From: a virus
Taxonomy: Duplodnaviria > Caudoviricetes
Virus record (IMG/VR): IMGVR_UViG_3300020413_000077
Location: 1-24,819 of that record
Reading direction: 5' to 3' (one strand)
DNA: 24,819 bases
Shown: positions 17,831 to 24,819 of the stretch, in pieces
Layout: each line of letters starts with the position of its first letter
How positions within the stretch are numbered: position 1 is the first letter of the stretch
The notes under the pieces: generated by a model
What the model was told of the DNA's origin: nothing
The model's database searches: none
Seen by the model: only the letters and a program-made list of their open reading frames with translations
Program-made: the position numbers and the translations under genes

Positions 17831-18902
17831 TTATGGGGGCTGTTAATGCAACTTCTGTTGACTCAGTTGAAGCTAAGTCAAGTGGGAAGTTGTGTGCATT
17901 TCTCTCGTGCATTACTTCCATACCCAAAGACTGTCTGTTAAGAACATCAGCCCAAGTAGGAATTACATTTCCACTAGCATCAACTACTGATTGGTTAAAG
18001 TTAAAACCATTTAAGTTAAATGCCATTGTGCAGATTCCCATGGATGTTAGCCATATGCCAATAACCGGGAAAGCACCAAGAAAGAAATGAAGAGAACGAG
18101 AATTATTGAAAGACGCATATTGAAAAATTAGTCTACCGAAATAGCCGTGAGCTGCAACGATGTTATATGTCTCTTCGTCTTGACCAAATTTATAGCCATA
18201 GTTCTGTGATACCTCGTCTGTTGTTTCCTTAATAATTGAGGAAGTAACCAAGCTTCCGTGCATAGCAGCGAAAAGAGATCCACCGAATACCCCAGCAACA
18301 CCGAGCATGTGGAACGGATGCATAAGGATATTGTGTTCTGCTTGGAATACGAACATGAAGTTAAAAGTACCAGAAATACCAAGAGGCATACCATCACTGA
18401 AACTCCCCTGTCCGAAAGGGTACACGAGAAAAACCGCTAGTGCAGCAGACACTGGAGCCATGTAAGCAACAAAGATCCAAGGTCTCATACCTAAACGGTA
18501 AGATAGTTCCCATTGTCTCCCTGCATATGCAGCCACTCCAATGAGAAAGTGGAATATTATCAACTGATATGGTCCGCCGTTGTATAACCACTCGTCTAGC
18601 GTAGCAGCCTCCCATATAGGATAGAAATGTAGTCCGATTGCATTTGAGGAGGGGACGACAGCTCCTGATATTATATTGTTTCCGTACAATAAAGAACCTG
18701 ATACTGGTTCACGTATGCCATCGATGTCCACTGGAGGAGCAGCGATAAAGGCGAGAATAAAACATGTGGTGGCAGCTAGTAAGCAAGGTATCATTAGTAC
18801 TCCAAACCAACCTACATAAAGGCGGTTGTTTGTACTTGTTACCCAGTCACAAAACTTTTCCCAATTGGTTGTAGTGTCTCTTTGTAATGAGATTGCAGCC
18901 AT
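17823..18902 (-). CDS. psbA: Photosystem II D1 protein (359 aa), phage auxiliary metabolic gene
   Basis: Full D1 sequence from MAAISLQR (ATG 18902); Y161, D170, E189, H190, H198, H215, H272, H332, E333, D342, A344 present; Q130 and [12 protein letters not shown] suggest Prochlorococcus type; no intron. Confidence 0.99.
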   Translation of the reverse strand: MAAISLQRDTTTNWEKFCDWVTSTNNRLYVGWFGVLMIPCLLAATTCFILAFIAAPPVDIDGIREPVSGSLLYGNNIISGAVVPSSNAIGLHFYPIWEAATLDEWLYNGGPYQLIIFHFLIGVAAYAGRQWELSYRLGMRPWIFVAYMAPVSAALAVFLVYPFGQGSFSDGMPLGISGTFNFMFVFQAEHNILMHPFHMLGVAGVFGGSLFAAMHGSLVTSSIIKETTDEVSQNYGYKFGQDEETYNIVAAHGYFGRLIFQYASFNNSRSLHFFLGAFPVIGIWLTSMGICTMAFNLNGFNFNQSVVDASGNVIPTWADVLNRQSLGMEVMHERNAHNFPLDLASTESTEVALTAPIIG

Positions 18903-18910
18903 GTGATTAA

Positions 18911-19177
18911 TTAATTTAAATGAATGTGGTCGCATTCCTCTTCCACTTTGGAGAGGAAAAAAGAGATGAGGTCCATCTTATTCTTAAGAGGGATATCCTC
19001 ATCAAGTATCAATTTGTATCTTGCTTCGAGAAAATCAAAGCAACTCATCTTCCACTTATAAGGATTAGAAGATGCCTGGGATGATATCACCGGTAAGCAC
19101 GTAAGCACCAACGGCAGCAACAAAGCCAAGCATGGCAAAGCGTCCATTAGTTTCTTCGGCAACATGCCATTGGTCAT
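18911..19177 (-). CDS. Hypothetical small protein with Cys pair; start uncertain (19048, or upstream within hli)
   Basis: Fills hli-psbA gap; [39 protein letters not shown]; open frame extends into hli as a hydrophobic leader. Confidence 0.55.
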   Translation of the reverse strand: MTNGMLPKKLMDALPCLALLLPLVLTCLPVISSQASSNPYKWKMSCFDFLEARYKLILDEDIPLKNKMDLISFFLSKVEEECDHIHLN

Positions 19178-19250
19178 TGTCGTGGTTGTGATTAGTCATA
19201 ATTCTTGGGGGTGTTTCGTTTGGATAAATGTTTAAAAGTTTGTCCGTCAT
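19065..19250 (-). CDS. hli: High-light inducible protein (61 aa)
   Basis: [31 protein letters not shown]: ExxNGRxAMxG chlorophyll-binding motif and TGxIIPGIF end. Confidence 0.95.
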   Translation of the reverse strand: MTDKLLNIYPNETPPRIMTNHNHDNDQWHVAEETNGRFAMLGFVAAVGAYVLTGDIIPGIF

Positions 19251-19306
19251 TTCTTTTTGGGTGGTCTTCCTTTTTTAGTTCCGTAAGTTCCTTTTCCTTT
19301 TGGCAT
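19247..19306 (-). CDS. 19-aa basic peptide MPKGKGTYGTKKGRPPKKK (AT-hook-like; missed by ORF track)
   Basis: ATG 2 nt after scaffold stop; its TGA overlaps hli ATG (ATGA); exactly fills the gap. Confidence 0.72.
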   Translation of the reverse strand: MPKGKGTYGTKKGRPPKKK

Positions 19307-19308
19307 AA

Positions 19309-20082
19309 TTAAAATTCGATATTTGAACGTGCTAGTTTTTGTTGTATCTCTTGTCTATAGGCTGGGTCTTGATCATATTTAGGATCACTCATAGCTTCTA
19401 CAACTTGAGCTTGACTCTTAAATACATTCCCAGATTCTTTAGGTGCTTTACCTGTAACCATTTCACCAAGTTTTCCTGATGCTTCTTGGTAGCGATAAGC
19501 TAAGGCTTGAACTGCAAAGTATGCAGCCAAGGGATTTCCTTGCTCCATTACTTTGTCGTACATTTTTATTTCACCTTCTCTTAAATTTTGATTAGCCCAT
19601 TGGAGCATATTGTCATAATTTTTTTCACCACCAACTACACCTTTTAATCCAGTAATATCTTCTTGACTTAGTGCTTTAGGAGCAGTATTTTTTCCAGCAA
19701 CTTCTTGTCTATATTTCAAATGCATTTGAGCAAGCTCAGTTGCCTTCATCTCAGTTAACTGTTTTAAAGTTTCAGGTTTAAATTTTTCACCAGAACTTGC
19801 TTCATCCCAAAGTTGATCAAGAATATTACTTGCTTCTTTAGGTTCTTCTTTAGGTTCTTCTTTATTTGCTTCAGGTTTTTCTTCCGCTTTTTCTTGAGAA
19901 CCTAACTTTTTTTCTAATTCTATGTATGCTTTTTCTAATTGTTCAGCATTCTCATATTTGCCAGCAAGACGTTGGTCTTGGGCTTCCACAAGTTTCTCAC
20001 CTACTTCTAAAGATTCTTGTTCTTGTGGACTTAATTCACCAGCTGGAGTTTCCTCTGGTGTCATAGTTAATGTTTCGCTCAT
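19309..20082 (-). CDS. Capsid scaffolding protein (T7 gp9-like, 257 aa)
   Basis: Acidic; LAGKYENAEQLEKAYIELEKKLG, VGGEKNYDNMLQWA, AMSDPKYDQDPAYR; follows portal. Confidence 0.92.
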   Translation of the reverse strand: MSETLTMTPEETPAGELSPQEQESLEVGEKLVEAQDQRLAGKYENAEQLEKAYIELEKKLGSQEKAEEKPEANKEEPKEEPKEASNILDQLWDEASSGEKFKPETLKQLTEMKATELAQMHLKYRQEVAGKNTAPKALSQEDITGLKGVVGGEKNYDNMLQWANQNLREGEIKMYDKVMEQGNPLAAYFAVQALAYRYQEASGKLGEMVTGKAPKESGNVFKSQAQVVEAMSDPKYDQDPAYRQEIQQKLARSNIEF

Positions 20083-21650
20083 TATGTTTGTTGGGTTGGA
20101 TCTAGTTGTCTAGCTAGTTGTGGATTCTTAGATGGATCAGCCATTGGTGTTTTCATACGTTCCGTCTGTTGTTGTTGTTGCATCATGGCTTGCTCACGTT
20201 GCATTGCTTGCTGTCTTTCTTGTTGGATTTCTTGCATACTTCTTACAAGATTTAAGACTTCAATACCTTGTGCTGCTGCCAATCTTTTAATAACTTCTTC
20301 TGGATTAATATGTTGCATTATTGCTTCTGGACCCATTGTCTGAGCAATAGTCCCTAAGAACTGAGAAAGGCTTTCTCTATCTTGTCCTCTACCTAGTGCA
20401 TTTATACCCGCAACTATAGTTGGTTTGACAACATCCTTTGGTAATCTGGGGATCTGTCCTGATTTTTGAAACACATTTAGTTTTCTATTTAGATATGGAA
20501 TTAATAGTTCTACAGTTAACAAGCTGAATAGCCCACCTAGCTGTTGTTCTAATTCCATCTGTGTCATACGTACTTCTTCAGCAGTAGTACGTTCAGACTG
20601 TCTAACATTAAGTATTAAAAATGCTTCGTTTAATCTTTTTTCAAGTTGCAATGCCATGTTATATGCAGTACCAAAGTCGGCTGTTTTACCTACTTGAACT
20701 ACACCAATATCGTCTGGTCTTCCTTGAATAATTGCACCGTTTCCAGCAGAAGCTAGTGACGATGGTTTTGTTGTGGAAGATGGGCTAACTGTAAAAACTA
20801 CTTTTGCAGCAGCTGCACTACCTTCTACAAGAGCTTGGGATAAAGCATCTAAAGATTTTAAGTCACCCATAAATTGACCGACTCTTCCTCTTCCATAATC
20901 TTCACCATCAACAGCATTGAACCTTAGTGCTATCCATGGATTAGCATCTATTGGAGCTTTACCGTGTGACTTAGGAAGTACATAATCATGAACTTCTTGA
21001 TGCCAGATAACTCTGTTGTTGTCTCTTGTTATGTGTGTATAAATATCACACTCTTCAGTGTCTTCCATTTGATCTTCCTCGTTAGCGTACTTAACAAGGA
21101 CTTCTTCAGGAAGCTCATCGTAAATTAATTTTTTAGCAATTGATTCTTTTGTAACTATTTCAATCACATTGCCGTTGCCGTCTCGTTCTATGACGTAGCG
21201 ATTAAGAGGATATAACTTAAGATTCTCTTTACCCATAAATAGTAAAGCGTTGCCAGCTACAACCAAATGCTTTAAAGCTTGATGTACTACAACACGATCA
21301 CTTGATGCAGCGATTGCTTCAAGGATTGTTTTTTCTATTTTTGCAAAAGATAAATCTAATTCTGACTTTACTTCTGGACCAAAGCTTTCTCCTAGTTGAG
21401 TATCGTCTACCTGTAATTTAAAAAAGCTGGTTTGAACGGGTAGCAGAGCTAACATCAATTTTGATGCCAGAGTAACTACACCTTTCGCTCCAACACTTTG
21501 CCAAGGTTGAGGTAGATTTCTCATCCCTTTAGAGTATTCTTCATGTCCACGAATTAAATAAGGCAGTGTTAAATCAGCTGCTTGTTTAGCTTCGTCTAGA
21601 AATTGAGCACGTTCTGATGACAAATAGTCATACCTAGATTTTGCTGTCAT
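20082..21650 (-). CDS. Portal / head-to-tail connector (T7 gp8-like, 522 aa)
   Basis: PWQSVGAKGVVTLASKLMLAL, GEDYGRGRV, ERTTAEEVR..ELEQQLGG, ALGRGQD; Gln-rich C-terminus. Confidence 0.96.
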   Translation of the reverse strand: MTAKSRYDYLSSERAQFLDEAKQAADLTLPYLIRGHEEYSKGMRNLPQPWQSVGAKGVVTLASKLMLALLPVQTSFFKLQVDDTQLGESFGPEVKSELDLSFAKIEKTILEAIAASSDRVVVHQALKHLVVAGNALLFMGKENLKLYPLNRYVIERDGNGNVIEIVTKESIAKKLIYDELPEEVLVKYANEEDQMEDTEECDIYTHITRDNNRVIWHQEVHDYVLPKSHGKAPIDANPWIALRFNAVDGEDYGRGRVGQFMGDLKSLDALSQALVEGSAAAAKVVFTVSPSSTTKPSSLASAGNGAIIQGRPDDIGVVQVGKTADFGTAYNMALQLEKRLNEAFLILNVRQSERTTAEEVRMTQMELEQQLGGLFSLLTVELLIPYLNRKLNVFQKSGQIPRLPKDVVKPTIVAGINALGRGQDRESLSQFLGTIAQTMGPEAIMQHINPEEVIKRLAAAQGIEVLNLVRSMQEIQQERQQAMQREQAMMQQQQQTERMKTPMADPSKNPQLARQLDPTQQT

Positions 21651-21654
21651 TTTC

Positions 21655-22851
21655 TTATAAGTTTAGTGATGATATTTTCAAGCCGTCTCTACCAAAGCTA
21701 CCTGTTGCTCCTAAAGTTATTAATTCCTCTTCATCATCAGCAGCTGAAACCCCAGTAACAGTAGCTCCAGTAACATTTCCAGGATCTCCATATGCAGCTT
21801 GTATTCTCATTTGTTCTTGAGCACGTAAAGCCTCTTCATTCATTATCCTCATTTGATCTTGATAACTTGCCATTGCTGAGTTCATTACTGAAAGCTGACT
21901 ATTAAAACCAGCCTGTTGATTACCTAAAGCAGCTGATAATTGTGTAGCGTAACTATCTGCTTGACCAGACAATGCGTTTTCTAGTTGAGTTTGAAAACCA
22001 GTATTTTGATCAGCTAAAGCTTGAGCTAACAGTGCGTCAAAGTCAGTTGCTGTTGTTTCACCTTCTCCAGTGCCTTCACCTTCTCCAGTGCCTTCAATTG
22101 TATTCTCCTCATCACCAATACCAATTACTGTATCTTCAATACCGTCACCATCTTGATCATTTATTACTGAACCACTATCCTCGCCATCACCAATTCTTTC
22201 AAAATCTTCATCTTCATCGGCTACTGGATTCTCTTGTTCAGCTGGTGGGGACCAAGAACCTTGCATATAACCCATAGCATCATGGACTTGCTCCAAAGTT
22301 TCATATTTATCTATACCCATAGCTTGAGCAGCTTCCGCATAGCCAACGTCATTCATGTACTGATCAAAGTTAATAACTTCAACAGCTCCGCCAACTGCTG
22401 CATATTTTGCATTTTTGCCCCAATTATGGTCAATACCATAAGTTGTAAGAGTTCTACCAGTAGTATCTTGATCTGTATAATCAGCTGCTGATAGCCACTT
22501 AGTAAAATAGTCTTTCCCTCTACTTAAGGTTGCGCTTGCTCCATAACCCGCATCATAACCAATAACATCTTTTCTTTGCCCTGCAAATTTTTTGTGGTTT
22601 TTAGATTTCCATTCACCACCATAATAATATGTACCCGCAGAATCGGATGAAGCGTCATACATACTTATATGATCATAACCTGAAGCACCTTTATGATATG
22701 CTTGGTCATCCCAACCACCAGATAAGATTCCATAGTGATGACCTGAATAACCTAAGTGACCTTCAGTATCTGTATGTTCAGGACCATGATAAATTGATTG
22801 CCCATGTTTATTGTAGGAGGTGGCATAATTCCAATATTTTTGTAATGACAT
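21655..22851 (-). CDS. Unknown multi-domain protein (398 aa) at the pre-portal locus, possibly virion-associated
   Basis: Long coupled ORF; Y/H/G-rich N-domain, acidic linker, 15-aa helical repeats, C-terminal GSFGRDGLKISSLNL. Confidence 0.75.
   Translation of the reverse strand: MSLQKYWNYATSYNKHGQSIYHGPEHTDTEGHLGYSGHHYGILSGGWDDQAYHKGASGYDHISMYDASSDSAGTYYYGGEWKSKNHKKFAGQRKDVIGYDAGYGASATLSRGKDYFTKWLSAADYTDQDTTGRTLTTYGIDHNWGKNAKYAAVGGAVEVINFDQYMNDVGYAEAAQAMGIDKYETLEQVHDAMGYMQGSWSPPAEQENPVADEDEDFERIGDGEDSGSVINDQDGDGIEDTVIGIGDEENTIEGTGEGEGTGEGETTATDFDALLAQALADQNTGFQTQLENALSGQADSYATQLSAALGNQQAGFNSQLSVMNSAMASYQDQMRIMNEEALRAQEQMRIQAAYGDPGNVTGATVTGVSAADDEEELITLGATGSFGRDGLKISSLNL
22057..22096. repeat. 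Perfect 18-bp tandem repeat, 2.2 copies (EGTGEG)
   Basis: ttcaccttctccagtgcc at 22057-22074 and 22075-22092, plus ttca. Confidence 0.9.
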
Positions 22852-23045
22852 TATTTATTTTCCTTTAATCTATTTGTGTACCACTCAATAACTGAGCGTT
22901 GTCCAGCTCTAAACATAATACGAGCAAGATCTTCTTTTGGGTGAGGGTTTGTTGGTGGAAATGTTTCCTCCATTTCATTAAGGAGGGATTCAACAGTTGG
23001 ACCTATTAAAGGTTCAAGCATATTGAGGGAGGTTGGTGTTTGCAT
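22851..23045 (-). CDS. Hypothetical protein (64 aa)
   Basis: EMEETFPP..P....IMFRAGQRSVIEW resembles the small gene that follows RNR in cyanopodoviruses; overlaps RNR beta end by 32 nt. Confidence 0.8.
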   Translation of the reverse strand: MQTPTSLNMLEPLIGPTVESLLNEMEETFPPTNPHPKEDLARIMFRAGQRSVIEWYTNRLKENK

Positions 23046-23727
23046 GTTCGAAAAACGCTGGCATTCTTCCAGCTTTAGTAGAATTTAATTCTGGTGCTTT
23101 ACCTTCATACATCAAACGATCACTAGCATCGAGCCAAAATTTTTTGCTCAAATATTTATCGTCATGTATTTGATTTAACGGTTGCATGATCCAGTTAATT
23201 GTTGCCTTCCTTAGTTTGTCTAAAGAAGGACTTGCTGTAAGACCAAGCTCTGCACATACCAAACTATTAGTTGCTACATGTATTTGCTCATCTCTAGATA
23301 TATCTGCACTTACTGTTCTTAAACCAGCATCACCATTAAAACGGAAGAAAGGCAGTATTACAAAAAAGATTGCTCTTTCTATTACCAATGCTTTCAGTAT
23401 TGTGTGATCTGGATGTGCTATCCATGCGTCACGTAGGCGTAATGCCTCGGCTTCAGCTTTATCATCTACGCCTATTGCGTTAGCGATATATCCAAGTGCT
23501 AAATCATGGTTGTCTTCGTCTTTTATGTTTGATTCCAAAAGTTCTCTACTTTTCTGAGGAATCTCAGAGAGTGAATCAGATACAAACGAGCCAACTGGAC
23601 ATTCCATGTTGCGTATTGACAGACAACGGAAGATGGCTTCTTCTGCACCATATTTAAGTTTTCCTTTAGTGGTTTGGACAGGTGTCCATTTTCTTTTTCT
23701 ATTTAATAATTTTTCGTAGGGGTTCAT
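23014..23727 (-). CDS. nrdB: Ribonucleotide reductase class I beta (ferritin-like) subunit, 237 aa
   Basis: Start MNPYEK at 23727 (ATGA overlap with alpha); dimetal ligand pattern E(ME)..DEDNH..IE..DEQIH; RTVSADISRDE; adjacent to RNR alpha. Confidence 0.82.
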   Translation of the reverse strand: MNPYEKLLNRKRKWTPVQTTKGKLKYGAEEAIFRCLSIRNMECPVGSFVSDSLSEIPQKSRELLESNIKDEDNHDLALGYIANAIGVDDKAEAEALRLRDAWIAHPDHTILKALVIERAIFFVILPFFRFNGDAGLRTVSADISRDEQIHVATNSLVCAELGLTASPSLDKLRKATINWIMQPLNQIHDDKYLSKKFWLDASDRLMYEGKAPELNSTKAGRMPAFFEHANTNLPQYA

Positions 23728-24818
23728 TGTTGACAGTCGCAATTAATTTCTTCAGGTTTATTGCCTATTATGTCTGCCAAGTAATCTTCAACTTCTGACT
23801 GATCTAATGCAGCATATGCATCAGATTTATCTTGAGTGTCGCCCATTACTTGTAAGGAATAATAGAGCGAAGTTTGTGGACTCTTTAGCCACTCTTCGAT
23901 AAATGCTTCATCGTAAGTCACCATATCACTCCAAGAATTGAAGCTATAGCCATGAAGCAAACCAGTTCTAGATAGCATGATCATTATTTCATCAGCTACC
24001 TTTTTATAATTCTCCCATCCTACTTCGGATGCGATTTCTACGTTGCCATATTTAACTCGTTCTACCCCAAACTCACCACTATCTCTGTCAACTGTACGTG
24101 ATATAGGAGGTGCGATCTCAGGAGTTGCTGTGTAGCCATTGAGATCTCTACTTCTATAAGAACAACTAGCCGTTGGAGCTATAGCAAATGCTCTAACCAT
24201 GTTGTTCTCTCTTGCTATGTTTGCTGCTTCTTGTACGCCCAGAAAAAGCTCGCGTGCAGCTAATCCCGCGTAGCCTTCGTAGGTCTCAGCATCATTAGTT
24301 GCTTGAAGAGCTTCGCCAAACTGAGCGTAGGTTATTTTGTTATTTGCTAAAAAGTTGGCTAGACCTAAGAGTCCGAATCCAACTTGCCTATCGATATCTG
24401 GCGCAAGATATTCTCCAGACTTGTCAATCCCTGTCCCACTGTGGAGCTTACACAAATCTGACATGCCTTCACGCATACCTTTTCGTAGGTCGCCGATACG
24501 ACAGGCAGACATATTAAGGTGTTGTAGGAGGCACGTTCCGCGTGAGGGCAAGTAAACCTCAAGACAGACGTTGCTCCAGATTCTAATTCCGTCATCATCA
24601 TATTTTATTTTATTGAGCCAGATGTCTCCTCTAGCAATTCCTCGTATAATGCTTTCCTTTGTTTCAGTACTTGCTTCAGCCCAGAGGGATTCGGTGAGGT
24701 CAACACATCGCTTAACCCATGGGAGTTCGTGTCTGGGGACTTGCACGAAGTCAATAATATCGGCGTGATTAATGTCAAGGTGAAGAACACACGCGCCATT
24801 GCGGTATGTTCCACCGCG
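23724..24818 (-). CDS. nrdA: Ribonucleotide reductase large (alpha) subunit, 5'-truncated by window edge
   Basis: Frame open to the edge (RGGTYRNGACVLHLD..); catalytic NVCLE (NxCxE), RQVGFGLLGLA, AIAPTASCS, SLYY tyrosine pair, C-terminal CDC. Confidence 0.92.
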   Translation of the reverse strand, partial: RGGTYRNGACVLHLDINHADIIDFVQVPRHELPWVKRCVDLTESLWAEASTETKESIIRGIARGDIWLNKIKYDDDGIRIWSNVCLEVYLPSRGTCLLQHLNMSACRIGDLRKGMREGMSDLCKLHSGTGIDKSGEYLAPDIDRQVGFGLLGLANFLANNKITYAQFGEALQATNDAETYEGYAGLAARELFLGVQEAANIARENNMVRAFAIAPTASCSYRSRDLNGYTATPEIAPPISRTVDRDSGEFGVERVKYGNVEIASEVGWENYKKVADEIMIMLSRTGLLHGYSFNSWSDMVTYDEAFIEEWLKSPQTSLYYSLQVMGDTQDKSDAYAALDQSEVEDYLADIIGNKPEEINCDCQQ

Positions 24819-24819
24819 T

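Noticed and set aside
18128-18615. Same-strand alternative-frame ORFs inside psbA (and similarly 1189-1371, 24365-24601, 24605-24814)
   Set aside because: Fully nested in conserved genes with no recognisable features; expected by chance
17823-18902. Intron, homing endonuclease or rogue (non-oxygen-evolving) D1
   Set aside because: Continuous 359-aa frame with all Mn ligands
18903-18935. N-terminal extension of psbA ([11 protein letters not shown]) in the ORF track
   Set aside because: ATG at 18902 gives standard D1 numbering (W14); the extension overlaps the upstream ORF
16972-21660. Phage RNA polymerase promoter consensus
   Set aside because: No repeated approx. 20-bp upstream motif found by eye; needs whole-genome motif discovery
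497-24768. All plus-strand ORFs in the track (e.g. 497-697, 2534-2731, 4016-4243, 17329-17577, 24337-24555)
   Set aside because: Short antisense shadows of well-supported minus-strand genes; no motifs, and the genome is unidirectional here
24200-24819. Visibly higher GC at the 5' part of RNR alpha as a sign of recent transfer
   Set aside because: No clear boundary, the gene is truncated by the window, and I could not quantify it reliably

Overview
This window is the late-region half of a T7-like marine cyanopodovirus (Autographiviridae, P-SSP7-like; the D1 signature suggests a Prochlorococcus host). All credible genes are on the minus strand, tightly packed with TAATG/ATGA couplings. In transcription order (right to left): class I RNR alpha (5'-truncated) and beta; a small ORF; an unusually long 398-aa pre-portal protein; portal; scaffold; an accessory island; major capsid with terminator; tail tubular A and B; three internal virion proteins; a gp17-like tail fibre; a 67-aa paralog of the fibre tip; three tandem paralogous fibre-like proteins; and a fibre assembly chaperone (3'-truncated). 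The island holds a 19-aa AT-hook-like peptide, hli, a Cys-pair ORF, psbA, small ORFs, and a glutamine-II/Downstream-peptide riboswitch with a 16-aa YRG peptide. Two things stand out: (1) a riboswitch - peptide - coupled uORF - structured leader chain ending at the capsid start codon; (2) a modular paralogous tail-fibre cassette. All calls rest on motif recognition and gene order, not database searches.
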